Part shown: piece by piece, positions 49,744 to 58,980 of the stretch
Numbering within the stretch: the first letter of the stretch is position 1
How the letters are laid out: every line of letters begins with the position of its first letter
DNA from: Rhodoluna sp.
GTDB taxonomy: Bacteria > Actinomycetota > Actinomycetes > Actinomycetales > Microbacteriaceae
Assembly (NCBI GenBank): GCA_017983965.1
Contig: JAGOAI010000001.1
Location: 475 to 64,474, forward strand
DNA: 64,000 nucleotides
Direction: 5' to 3'
Notes under the pieces: model-generated
What the model was told of the DNA's origin: nothing
The model's database searches: none
Seen by the model: the letters and a program-made list of their open reading frames with translations, nothing else
Made by a program: the position numbers and the translations under genes

Positions 49744-50769
49744 TTGAGCGAAAAGGCTAAATCAGCCAAAGAGCACAACTACGAGGGCGGCCTAGCCGTT
49801 GTCGCAGCTGACAAAATCAAAGATCCAGGTCTCGAGCCGCACCGCGTTCGCATGACCGACAAGAGCCCAGCTCACGAACGTGCCGCAAACCGCCAGGTTG
49901 CAGCCCTGTTCATTCTGTCTGCGATCGGCAGCGTTGCAGCAATCGTTGCTTACTTTGCTTTTCCGCTAACCGACGACCTTGGCACCGTGCGCGCAAACAC
50001 CTGGTGGCTCGGAATCTCAATCACCCTTGGCCTCTTCGGAATTGGTCTCGGTGCTGTGCACTGGGCTAAGACTTTGATGCCAGACGCAGAAGTCAGTGAA
50101 GAACGTCACCAGACTCGCGGCAGCGAAGAAGTTCGTGCTCGAGCAATTGAAATCATCAAGCTTGCTGACCAAGAGTCAGGTTTCACCCGCCGCAAGCTAA
50201 TTCGTCGTTCGATGTACACCGCGTTGGCGATGTTCCCTCTTCCTGCGATTTTCTTCTTCGGCGACCTTGGCCCGAGCCCGGCAGACAGCCTTCGTCACAC
50301 CATGTGGCGCAAGGGCACTCGCTTAGCAAAAGACCCAGATGGCACTCCGATCAAGGCGAGCGACGTAACTCTTGGTTCGATTTTCCACGTTATTCCTGCC
50401 GGTCTTGAAGATCTGCACGAAACCAAACTTGAAGAAAAAGCTAAAGCAGCGGTAATTCTCGTTCGCGTTGACCCAGCTGAGCTCATCGAAACCGAAGAGC
50501 GCAAGAGCTGGTCATACGACGGCATCGTTGCATACAGCAAGATTTGCACCCACGTTGGTTGCCCTGTTGCGCTTTACGAACAGCAGACCCACCACCTGCT
50601 CTGCCCTTGCCACCAGTCAACTTTCGACCTTGTCGATGGTTGCAAGGTGATCTTCGGCCCAGCTGCTCGCGCGCTTCCACAGTTGCCAATCGCAGTTGAC
50701 GCTGAAGGCTACCTTGTTGCGCAGAGCGACTTCAATGAACCTGTCGGCCCTAGCTTCTGGGAGCGCTAA
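49744..50769 (+). CDS. qcrA: Cytochrome bcc Rieske subunit
   Basis: Three TMs, internal TRRKLI twin-arginine motif, CTHVGC and CPCHQS. Confidence 0.96.
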   Translation: MSEKAKSAKEHNYEGGLAVVAADKIKDPGLEPHRVRMTDKSPAHERAANRQVAALFILSAIGSVAAIVAYFAFPLTDDLGTVRANTWWLGISITLGLFGIGLGAVHWAKTLMPDAEVSEERHQTRGSEEVRARAIEIIKLADQESGFTRRKLIRRSMYTALAMFPLPAIFFFGDLGPSPADSLRHTMWRKGTRLAKDPDGTPIKASDVTLGSIFHVIPAGLEDLHETKLEEKAKAAVILVRVDPAELIETEERKSWSYDGIVAYSKICTHVGCPVALYEQQTHHLLCPCHQSTFDLVDGCKVIFGPAARALPQLPIAVDAEGYLVAQSDFNEPVGPSFWER

Positions 50770-50771
50770 AA

Positions 50772-52529
50772 ATGAGCAACTCAACAACCACAAAGCCAAA
50801 GGGAAGCTTTCTAGCTAACCGCGCTAACTACCTCGATGAGCGTGTTGGCGTAGCTGGCATCCTGAAGGAATTCGGTCGCAAGGTTTTTCCTGACCACTGG
50901 TCATTCATGCTCGGTGAAGTTGCCCTATACAGCTTCGTCGTTCTGCTGATCTCAGGAACCTTCCTTACGTTCTTCTTTCAGCCGGCTATGACCGAAGTTG
51001 TATACAACGGCGTCTATGGCCCACTTAAAGGTGCCGAGATGTCGATTGCATATGCATCGACCCTAGACATCTCATTCGAGGTGCGCGGCGGATTGCTAAT
51101 GCGTCAGGTTCACCACTGGTCAGCGCTGCTATTTGTCGCCGCAGCCGGCCTGCACATGCTTCGCGTGTTCTTCACCGGAGCATTCCGCAAGCCTCGTGAA
51201 ATCAACTGGTTGGTTGGTTTCCTACTATTCGTTCTCGGAATGGCTGGCGGTTTCACCGGTTACTCGCTTCCTGACGACTTGCTATCAGGAAACGGTCTTC
51301 GCATCATCGACGGAATGCTAAAGGGTGTTCCGGTTGTTGGAAGCTCGATTTCATCGTTGCTATTCGACGGTGAGTTCCCAGGCCACGCAATTGTTGCTCG
51401 CCTCTACAGCTTGCACATCATGATTGTTCCTGCGTTGATCATTTTGCTTTTGGCCGTTCACCTGTTCATGGTTGTCATTCACAAGCACACCCACTACTCA
51501 GGCCCAGGCCGCAAAGACACCAACGTCGTTGGCTACCCGCTAATGCCTGTTTATGTTGCAAAGGCTGGTGGATTCTTCTTCATCGTCTTCGGCGTAATCA
51601 TGCTGATTGCAACTACCTTCACCATCAACCCGGTTTGGAACTACGGTGGCTATGACCCATCTCCTGTTTCGGCCGGAACCCAGCCTGACTGGTACATCGG
51701 TTGGCTCGATGGTGCACTGCGTCTTGCGCCTTCGCACCTAGAGTTCCAAGGCCTCGGTGGCACCTGGTCATTCAACATCTTGATTCCGCTGTTGGTCGGT
51801 GTCTTGTTCCTCGTTGTCGTTGGCGCTTACCCGTTCATCGAGAAGTGGATCACCGGCGATGAGCGTGAACACCACGTTCTAGACCGTCCGCGCAACGCTC
51901 CGGTTCGCACAGCAGTTGGCGCCGCTGGAGTTACCTTCTATGCGGTGCTTTGGGCAGGTGCAGCTACAGACTTGATTGCAACGAACTTCAAGATGTCACT
52001 GAACCAGGTCTTGACCAGCATGCAGATTTTGCTGCTCGTTGCTCCTGTGTTGGCGTTCTGGGTAACCAAGCGCATCGCACTTTCGTTGCAGCGCAAAGAT
52101 CGCGAGATCGTTCTTCACGGTCGCGAGACTGGTCGAATCATTCGCATGCCACACGGTGAATTCATCGAGGTTCACGAGCCGCTCGACAAGTACGAGATGT
52201 ACAAGTTGGTTGACTTCAAGTCATACCAGCCGACATTGGCTCGCCCGAACAGCGAAGGCAAGATCACGGTTTCAGCCCGCGTTCGTGCATCGCTATCGAA
52301 GTTCTACTTCCAAGACCGAGTGACCCCGGTTGGCCAAGTTGAACTGGCAGCAGCGGCTCACCACGATGACCACGCGCCTGCGATTGAGGCTGCACCTGAG
52401 GCCAAGAAGCCAGCAGCCAAGAAAGCGGCTCCAAAGGCTGCAGTCAAGAAGCCAGTGGCCAAGAAGGCCGCTGCTAAGCCTGCTGCCAAGAAGCCAGCGG
52501 CTAAGAAAGCGGCACCAAAGAAGAAGTAA
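50772..52529 (+). CDS. qcrB: Cytochrome bcc cytochrome b subunit with Lys/Ala/Pro-rich C-terminal tail
   Basis: FPDHWSF, RQVHHWSA, KPREINW, PDWY (menaquinol type). Confidence 0.96.
   Translation: MSNSTTTKPKGSFLANRANYLDERVGVAGILKEFGRKVFPDHWSFMLGEVALYSFVVLLISGTFLTFFFQPAMTEVVYNGVYGPLKGAEMSIAYASTLDISFEVRGGLLMRQVHHWSALLFVAAAGLHMLRVFFTGAFRKPREINWLVGFLLFVLGMAGGFTGYSLPDDLLSGNGLRIIDGMLKGVPVVGSSISSLLFDGEFPGHAIVARLYSLHIMIVPALIILLLAVHLFMVVIHKHTHYSGPGRKDTNVVGYPLMPVYVAKAGGFFFIVFGVIMLIATTFTINPVWNYGGYDPSPVSAGTQPDWYIGWLDGALRLAPSHLEFQGLGGTWSFNILIPLLVGVLFLVVVGAYPFIEKWITGDEREHHVLDRPRNAPVRTAVGAAGVTFYAVLWAGAATDLIATNFKMSLNQVLTSMQILLLVAPVLAFWVTKRIALSLQRKDREIVLHGRETGRIIRMPHGEFIEVHEPLDKYEMYKLVDFKSYQPTLARPNSEGKITVSARVRASLSKFYFQDRVTPVGQVELAAAAHHDDHAPAIEAAPEAKKPAAKKAAPKAAVKKPVAKKAAAKPAAKKPAAKKAAPKKK
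52401..52529 (+). repeat. Degenerate AKKPA/AKKAA coding repeat at the qcrB 3' end
   Basis: 42 codons, 17 Lys, remainder Ala/Pro/Val. Confidence 0.85.
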
Positions 52530-52542
52530 GCAACATCGAGTG

Positions 52543-52575
52543 ATGCCCCGTCAATTCGGCGGGGCATTTCTCTTT
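52543..52575 (+). terminator. Intrinsic terminator after qcrB
   Basis: ATGCCCCGTC-AATTC-GGCGGGGCAT followed by TTCTCTTT. Confidence 0.75.
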
Positions 52576-52597
52576 AAGCATGTTTTATGCTGAATGA

Positions 52598-52945
52598 ATG
52601 AGAGAGCTCGACCCGGTTGCCAACCACGCATCTGCCTATGCCAACAATCACTCGGCCGAGCAAAACGCTCAATTCACAGCCGCTTTCAGTGCTCTAACCG
52701 AGGCATTCAAGAAGGCACAGCTCGACGCATTGCCTGTCTCTGACGAACAGGTTCAAGACCTGGTGCGTCAACACTACGAATTCTGCTTGCAGTTCTGGAC
52801 GCCGAACAGAGCCGCATACAAATCTCTGGCCCAGAGCTACTTGATGCCTAGCCCCTATCGTGACTCCTACGAAGCAGTTAACGCGGGCCTGGCAAAGTAT
52901 CACCACGACGCTATCGTGATTTGGGCAGATGCCAACCTCGAATAG
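52598..52945 (+). CDS. Stand-alone TipAS-like antibiotic-recognition domain protein
   Basis: SDEQVQDLVRQHYE, FWTPNRAAYKSLAQSY, YEAVNAGLAKY resemble the TipAS C-terminal fold; no MerR HTH. Confidence 0.72.
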   Translation: MRELDPVANHASAYANNHSAEQNAQFTAAFSALTEAFKKAQLDALPVSDEQVQDLVRQHYEFCLQFWTPNRAAYKSLAQSYLMPSPYRDSYEAVNAGLAKYHHDAIVIWADANLE

Positions 52946-53471
52946 CTATCGCATTCAAGTGGTTGGCACGTCAGGCTCAGGCAAATCAACCCTGGCTCGT
53001 CGCCTGGCTGACGAACTAAACCTGAAGCACCTAGAGCTCGACTCCATCTATCACCAAGCCGGCTGGACTCCCCTGCCTGACATCGAGTTCAAGGGGCGCG
53101 TTGCCGACTTCGCCTTGGCAGATGACTGGGTCATTGACGGCAACTACAAGAGGCTTCGCAAAATTCTTGATCAGCGCATCACTCATCTGATTTGGCTCGA
53201 CTATCCGCGATGGTTTGTGATGCAGCGACTAATTAGAAGAACCTTTTGGCGCGCATTGAGTCGCCAGGAACTCTGGAATGGCAATCGAGAAAGCGCAAAG
53301 ACTTGGTTCAACGCCGATCCAGAAGAAAACATCTTGCTCTGGGCCTGGAAGACCCACGCCGTGAACCGCACAAGTTATCGACAGCTATTCGAAGATTTGC
53401 CAAATGTCGTGAAAATAAGAATCGGCTCACCCTTTCAGGTGAACCGATTGCTTAGGTCTTTATCTGACTAG
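52929..53471 (+). CDS. P-loop kinase-like protein (adenylate kinase/FlaR 'topology modulation' family)
   Basis: GTSGSGKST, ELDSIYH, WVIDGNY, WLDYPR, LWNGNRES. Confidence 0.82.
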   Translation: MPTSNSYRIQVVGTSGSGKSTLARRLADELNLKHLELDSIYHQAGWTPLPDIEFKGRVADFALADDWVIDGNYKRLRKILDQRITHLIWLDYPRWFVMQRLIRRTFWRALSRQELWNGNRESAKTWFNADPEENILLWAWKTHAVNRTSYRQLFEDLPNVVKIRIGSPFQVNRLLRSLSD

Positions 53472-53884
53472 TGTGCGTTTTGCCCGCGGCTGCGTTCGAA
53501 GACGAAACCAATCAAAGCCACGATTGCTAGCGGGAACCCAATGAAGAAGAGCCACCAACCAACTGCCAGTGCCGCAAAGCAAACAGCAGCGAATAGACCG
53601 AGGAACAAAGGCCACCAGCTCCAAGGAGCGAAATAGCCAACCTCAAAGTCAGCGTCTTCGACACGTGCATCTTCGCGATCTTCAGGAGCAATGCCCTGTC
53701 GCTTATCGGTCATCTGCAGATAGAACGCGAGGAACGCCGACATCACTGCCAACATTGCAATAGCAGCAGAAGCAATCGGCTCAAAAGCGCCGTCGTTGCT
53801 GTTTGCATACCAAATCATGTAACCGCCGGCTGCCAAAGCGTAGAACGCGGTCAGAAACCACATCAAGCGTGCATTGAACTTCAT
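53468..53884 (-). CDS. ctaF: Cytochrome c oxidase subunit 4
   Basis: PEDREDA, GYFAPWSWWP; lies downstream of ctaD. Confidence 0.93.
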   Translation of the reverse strand: MKFNARLMWFLTAFYALAAGGYMIWYANSNDGAFEPIASAAIAMLAVMSAFLAFYLQMTDKRQGIAPEDREDARVEDADFEVGYFAPWSWWPLFLGLFAAVCFAALAVGWWLFFIGFPLAIVALIGFVFERSRGQNAH

Positions 53885-53891
53885 ATCTTGA

Positions 53892-55568
53892 TTAGCCCTT
53901 CTTCTTTGCGTCGGCCTTAGCCTCAGGTGCCGCGAACTCTGGGTGGTTCAGGTCAAAAGCTGGTGACTCTGAGCGAACGCGTGGCATTGAGGTGAAGTTG
54001 TGACGAGGGAAAGGCGACTCGGTTGCCCACTCGAGTGAGCGGCCGTAGCCCCATGGGTCGTTCAAAGTGGTCTTTACGCCGCGCTTGTAAGTGATGTAAA
54101 TGTTCCACAAGAAAGGCAAGAACGAAAGCGCAAGAATCGCTGATCCCGCGGTTGAGACCTGGTTCATCCAAGTAAAGCCATCTTCAGGCAGGTATGTTGC
54201 GTAACGGCGTGGCATGCCGATCACACCAACCCAGTGCTGAATCAAGAACGTTGCGTGGAAGCCAACGAATAGCAACCAGAACTGAATCTTGCCAAGGCGC
54301 TCGTTGAGCATCTTGCCGGTCATCTTTGGGTACCAGAAGAAGATTCCGGCAAACATTGCGAACACAACGGTTCCGAAAACTACATAGTGGAAGTGAGCAA
54401 CCACAAAGTAGCTGTCACTTAGGTGAAAGTCGAGTGTCGGCGAAGCCAAAATTACACCGGTCAAACCACCGAAGATGAAAGTGGTCAAGAAGCCGAGTGA
54501 ATAAAGCATTGGAGTCTCGAAAGTTACCGAGCCCTTCCACATGGTTCCAATCCAGTTGAATACCTTCACACCCGTTGGCACCGCAATCAGCATTGTTGTG
54601 AATGCGAAGTATGGCAATAGAACACCACCGGTGACATACATGTGGTGTGCCCACACTGTCATCGAAAGCGCAGCGATGGCGATTGTTGCAAACACCAAGG
54701 TCTTGTAACCGAAGATTGGCTTGCGGCTGAAGACCGGGAAGATCTCAGAAACAATACCGAAGAACGGCAACGCCAGAATGTACACCTCTGGGTGACCAAA
54801 GAACCAGAACAGGTGCTGCCAAAGCATAGGGCCACCGTTGGCTGGGTCAAAGATGTGAGCGTCGAAACGGCGGTCTGCACCAAGTGCGAACAACGCTGCG
54901 GCTAGCGGAGGGAAACACATGATTACCAAAATTGAGGTAACCAAGGTGTTCCAGGTGAAAATCGGCATGCGGAACATGGTCATGCCAGGTGCACGCATGG
55001 TCAAGATCGTGGTGATGAAGTTGACACCACCCATGATGGTTCCGAAACCACCGAGGGCAAGGCCGAAGACCCAAAGGTCGCCACCGATTCCCGGTGAGAA
55101 GGTCGTGTTCGACAGTGGAGCATAGGCAAACCAGCCGAAGCTAGCCGCGCCCTGCGGGGTGAAGAAACCAGCGACTGCAACGAATGAGCCGAAGAAATAG
55201 AACCAATACGCGATGGCGTTCAAACGCGGGAACGCTACGTCTGGAGCACCGATCTGCACCGGCATCAAGATGTTGGCAAAGGCGGCGAATAGCGGTGTTG
55301 CAAACATCAAGAGCATGATTGTGCCGTGCATCGTGAAGAGCTGGTTGTACTGCTCTTTGGTCTGCACGACGGTCAAGCCAGGTGCTGCGAGCTGGGCACG
55401 GATGACCAAAGCCATCACGCCACCAATCAAGAAGTAGATGAACGAAGTGATCAGGTATAGGTAACCGATTTTCTTGTGGTCGGTGGTGGTTAGCCAATCA
55501 ACCAAAATGCGGCCCTTGGTCTTCTTCTGCATAGAAGTTGACTGTGCTGTTTGAGTTGCGGTAGCCAT
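53892..55568 (-). CDS. ctaD: Cytochrome c oxidase subunit I
   Basis: [35 protein letters not shown]. Confidence 0.98.
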   Translation of the reverse strand: MATATQTAQSTSMQKKTKGRILVDWLTTTDHKKIGYLYLITSFIYFLIGGVMALVIRAQLAAPGLTVVQTKEQYNQLFTMHGTIMLLMFATPLFAAFANILMPVQIGAPDVAFPRLNAIAYWFYFFGSFVAVAGFFTPQGAASFGWFAYAPLSNTTFSPGIGGDLWVFGLALGGFGTIMGGVNFITTILTMRAPGMTMFRMPIFTWNTLVTSILVIMCFPPLAAALFALGADRRFDAHIFDPANGGPMLWQHLFWFFGHPEVYILALPFFGIVSEIFPVFSRKPIFGYKTLVFATIAIAALSMTVWAHHMYVTGGVLLPYFAFTTMLIAVPTGVKVFNWIGTMWKGSVTFETPMLYSLGFLTTFIFGGLTGVILASPTLDFHLSDSYFVVAHFHYVVFGTVVFAMFAGIFFWYPKMTGKMLNERLGKIQFWLLFVGFHATFLIQHWVGVIGMPRRYATYLPEDGFTWMNQVSTAGSAILALSFLPFLWNIYITYKRGVKTTLNDPWGYGRSLEWATESPFPRHNFTSMPRVRSESPAFDLNHPEFAAPEAKADAKKKG

Positions 55569-55573
55569 CTTGC

Positions 55574-56434
55574 CTATCCCTTGTTCTCTGAGCCGTTGCC
55601 CGGAAGGTTCTGGTTGCGGTTGTACTTGCTGTCAAGCAATCCGGTGTTTCCCTGCTGAGCAAGTTGAGCCATGTGAGCGTCATAGTCGGCTTGAGAAACA
55701 ACCTTCACGTTGAACAACATCATCGAGTGGAACTCGCCACAAAGCTCGGCACATTTGCCGGCATAGGTGCCGATCTTCTCTGGAGTGAAGTACATGTGGT
55801 TGGTCTTGCCCGGGAAAACATCTTTCTTATACAAGAAGTCAATAACCCAGAATGAGTGCACAACATCGCGCGAGGTGAGGCTTAGGTCAACCGGAACGTT
55901 TACCGGTAGATAAAGAGTAGGTAGCGAAGCTTCACTGCCCTCTTCGCCAGCGAACTGCGATTGAATTCCTGAGTCGTAAACCATGTTTGAGGTGTAGTTG
56001 AAGTCCCAGCTCCACTGCTTGCCGATTACTTCAACTTGAATCTGGTTTGCCGGGTGCACTGGCTCTTCGATTGCAAGAAGAGTCTTGGTGGTAAAGGCGA
56101 AGAAGCCGATAACCATAACCAAAGGAACCACTGTGAAAAGGGTCTCGATTGGGTTGTTGTAACGCATCTGCTCTGGCATCGATGTGTCACCCTTGCGGCG
56201 ACGGTAGACGATGATCGCATAGAACATAAGGCCCCAGGCGATGATGCCAACACCCCAGAGAACGATCCAAGAGCCAGTCCATAGCTCAACGATCATGTCG
56301 GTGTGGTTGGTTACGCCTGGCTCTCCCGGCAGAAAGCCTCGAGAAAACCCAGCTGGCGAGCAGCCAGTGAGTGCCAGAATCAATGTTGCTGCGATAGGCA
56401 GCGATGCCCACTTAAACGCATTTTTGCGACGCAC
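55574..56434 (-). CDS. ctaC: Cytochrome c oxidase subunit II (lipoprotein)
   Basis: Lipobox LTGC, KQWSWDF, DVVHSFW, CuA motif [12 protein letters not shown]. Confidence 0.97.
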   Translation of the reverse strand: MRRKNAFKWASLPIAATLILALTGCSPAGFSRGFLPGEPGVTNHTDMIVELWTGSWIVLWGVGIIAWGLMFYAIIVYRRRKGDTSMPEQMRYNNPIETLFTVVPLVMVIGFFAFTTKTLLAIEEPVHPANQIQVEVIGKQWSWDFNYTSNMVYDSGIQSQFAGEEGSEASLPTLYLPVNVPVDLSLTSRDVVHSFWVIDFLYKKDVFPGKTNHMYFTPEKIGTYAGKCAELCGEFHSMMLFNVKVVSQADYDAHMAQLAQQGNTGLLDSKYNRNQNLPGNGSENKG

Positions 56435-56567
56435 AATTCACCCTTCAGGTGCAAAACGATTACATGATTATCCTACGCTTCGGGCATGCCGAGATTGGCT
56501 GAAAACGCCGAAAAATAAGCCCTTAAAGCAAAAATCCGGCCGCTAGGACCGGATTCTTGAAGGTCAA

Positions 56568-56912
56568 TTAGTTGAACGAACTTCCGCAGGCGCAAGAGCC
56601 CGTGGCATTTGGGTTGTCGATGGTCAAACCCTGCTTCATGATGCTGTCTTCGAAGTCGATGGTCGCGCCAACGAGGTAGTTTGCACTCTTCTGGTCAACG
56701 ACGACCTCAAGGCCCCCAAAGTCTTTCAGAAGGTCGGTTTCGCCAAGCTCTTCGTCAGGAAATAGGTCATATTGAAAGCCTGCGCAACCGCCAAGTTTCA
56801 CTTCGATGCGAAGTCGAACGTCTTCGGCTAGCCCCTGAGCCTGAAACAGCGCCTTAACGCGGTCGCGGGCAATGTCGGTAAGCATTACTTCGTGGCTGAG
56901 AGTGTCTGACAT
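56568..56912 (-). CDS. HesB/IscA/ErpA A-type Fe-S carrier
   Basis: GGCAGFQY and NPNATGSCACGSSF. Confidence 0.93.
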   Translation of the reverse strand: MSDTLSHEVMLTDIARDRVKALFQAQGLAEDVRLRIEVKLGGCAGFQYDLFPDEELGETDLLKDFGGLEVVVDQKSANYLVGATIDFEDSIMKQGLTIDNPNATGSCACGSSFN

Positions 56913-56954
56913 CTATTTCTCCTTTTGCAGAACCTTAAGTCTACGGTTCTAAAC

Positions 56955-58367
56955 CTAATTGACCCTTAGCTCATTCCCCTTGATCAAAAATAGGCTTTCG
57001 GCAACCATCGCACCGCGAAGAGTGTCGACGTGAACCGACTCGTTTGGGCTGTGGGCGCGCGAATCGGCGTCTTCGACTCCGGTCACCAGAATCTGGGCTG
57101 CCGGAAACACTTCGAGCAAGTCTGCGATAAACGGAATCGAGCCGCCTATGCCGATGTCTACGCTCTCGTTGCCGAAGGCAGCTGAAAGGCTGGCATTAGC
57201 CAACTGCTTGGCCCAGCCGTCTGACTTGGCTTCGAATGGCTTGCCCATTTCCACCTCACCGTATGCCAACTTCGCTCCAAACGGCGTGTGCTGCTCTAGG
57301 TGCGCCCGAAGCAGGGCCAGCGCAGTCTCTGGCTCTTCGCCCGGAGCGATGCGCATGCTGATTTTTGCCTTCACCGAAGGCAACAGGGTGTTTGACGACA
57401 TGGCCACCGACATTGCATCGATGCCGATCACCGTAATCGAAGGTTTCGTCCAGATGCGATCAAGGATGCTCCCCCGGCCAATCATTGAAACGCCATCGAG
57501 CAGACCCGAGTCAATTCTCAACTGCTCTTCGGTGAAGTCGAGGTCTGATGCCTTGGTTGAGTGCAAGCCTTTCACTGCGACTTCGCCAACTTCGTCGTGC
57601 AACGAAGCCAGCAGTTTGATGGTCGCGGTCATGGCATCTGGCACTGCCCCACCGAACATGCCCGAGTGCACAGCGTGATCAAGGGTTTGCACCTCAATGA
57701 CTTGAGAGACCATTCCACGCAAGGTGGTGGTGAGGGCCGGAATGGTTGTTGTCCAGTTCGCCGAGTCTGCGACGACGATCACGTCTGCTTCGAGCACGTC
57801 GCGGTTTTCTTCGAGAAAGTTTCTGAAGCTCGGTGAGCCAGCCTCTTCTTCGCCTTCAATGAAGACGCTCAAGCCAACTTCAAAATCTTCGCCAACCATG
57901 TCGACGAGAGTCTGCACAGCGGTTAGGTGAGCAACGATGCCAGCCTTGTCGTCTGCTGCACCGCGACCGAAGATTCGCCCGTCAATTAGGGTCGGCTCAA
58001 ACTCTGGGGTTTTCCAGACAGAAAGGTCACCCGGTGGCTGAACATCGTGGTGAGCGTATAGCAAAATCTGCGGCCGACCATTTCGGGCCGCCCTGCGAGC
58101 TACGACGGCAGGTGCACCCATCTTGCCTTCGCCCATAGCCCTGCGAATCTCAACCATCTCAAAGACACCGGTCTCACTGAATAGCGCTGCCACGGCTTCG
58201 GCACTTTGCTCAAGATTTTCTGCCGGAAACGCATCCCAGGCAATGCCAGGAATGCGAACTAGGTTGCCGAGATGAGCGATCGCGCTCGGAAAACGAGCGG
58301 CCACCTTCTCTTTGGTGAGGGTCACAGCGATGCTGTCATGGCGAAGTGAATCGGCTGGGATAGTCAT
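56955..58367 (-). CDS. M20 family dipeptidase
   Basis: YAHHDVQP, GRGAADDK, EGEEEAGS, HSG, GGSIPF, AHSPNES. Start set at ATG 58367. Confidence 0.92.
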   Translation of the reverse strand: MTIPADSLRHDSIAVTLTKEKVAARFPSAIAHLGNLVRIPGIAWDAFPAENLEQSAEAVAALFSETGVFEMVEIRRAMGEGKMGAPAVVARRAARNGRPQILLYAHHDVQPPGDLSVWKTPEFEPTLIDGRIFGRGAADDKAGIVAHLTAVQTLVDMVGEDFEVGLSVFIEGEEEAGSPSFRNFLEENRDVLEADVIVVADSANWTTTIPALTTTLRGMVSQVIEVQTLDHAVHSGMFGGAVPDAMTATIKLLASLHDEVGEVAVKGLHSTKASDLDFTEEQLRIDSGLLDGVSMIGRGSILDRIWTKPSITVIGIDAMSVAMSSNTLLPSVKAKISMRIAPGEEPETALALLRAHLEQHTPFGAKLAYGEVEMGKPFEAKSDGWAKQLANASLSAAFGNESVDIGIGGSIPFIADLLEVFPAAQILVTGVEDADSRAHSPNESVHVDTLRGAMVAESLFLIKGNELRVN

Positions 58368-58406
58368 ACGGGTAATCTTAAAGCGCTCAACAACATAAGG
58401 ACGCAC

Positions 58407-58946
58407 ATGACCGACCAAGACACTTCTTCAAGCTCAGGCAAGGGCAAGGCAACACCAAGCCGCAAGCAGCAGGAAGCCGCAAACCGTCGCCCACTGGTCG
58501 GAGACAAGTCAAAAGAGGGTCGCGCCGCCCAGAAAGAACGTTTGGCTCAAGAGCGTCGAATCGCTCGCGAGGGCATGATGCGCGGCGAAGACAAGTATTT
58601 GCCAATCAAAGACCGTGGGCCGCAGAAGCGTTTGGCCCGCGACATCGTTGACGCACGTTTCACCGCTGGTGAACTGGTTATGCCGGCGATGGTCTTGTTT
58701 CTAATCACATCTGTCATTGACATCTTCATGTTGCAACTGACAGCCGTTATCGCAATGTGGGGCCTGTTTGTAGTAGTCATCGTCGACGCCTATGTAATTG
58801 GCCGCAAGGTCAAGCAGGTTGTTGGCGCAAAACACGGCGATGCCAGCCTTGAGCGAGGACTCGCCTGGTATGCCGGAATGCGTTCGATTCAGATGCGACC
58901 TATGCGTTTGCCAAAGCCACAGGTGAAGCGCGGCACTAAGTTCTAA
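58407..58946 (+). CDS. DUF3043 family membrane protein
   Basis: GKGKATPSRK, RDIVDAR, two TMs, MRLPKPQVKRG. Confidence 0.85.
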   Translation: MTDQDTSSSSGKGKATPSRKQQEAANRRPLVGDKSKEGRAAQKERLAQERRIAREGMMRGEDKYLPIKDRGPQKRLARDIVDARFTAGELVMPAMVLFLITSVIDIFMLQLTAVIAMWGLFVVVIVDAYVIGRKVKQVVGAKHGDASLERGLAWYAGMRSIQMRPMRLPKPQVKRGTKF

Positions 58947-58980
58947 AGAAAATCTTTAGCCGGTTACAAAGGAGTAAGCC

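Noticed and set aside
52330-52593. Alternative-frame ORFs over the qcrB 3' end (Arg-rich and FLAAG-repeat)
   Set aside because: They are by-products of the low-complexity Lys/Ala/Pro codons of QcrB.
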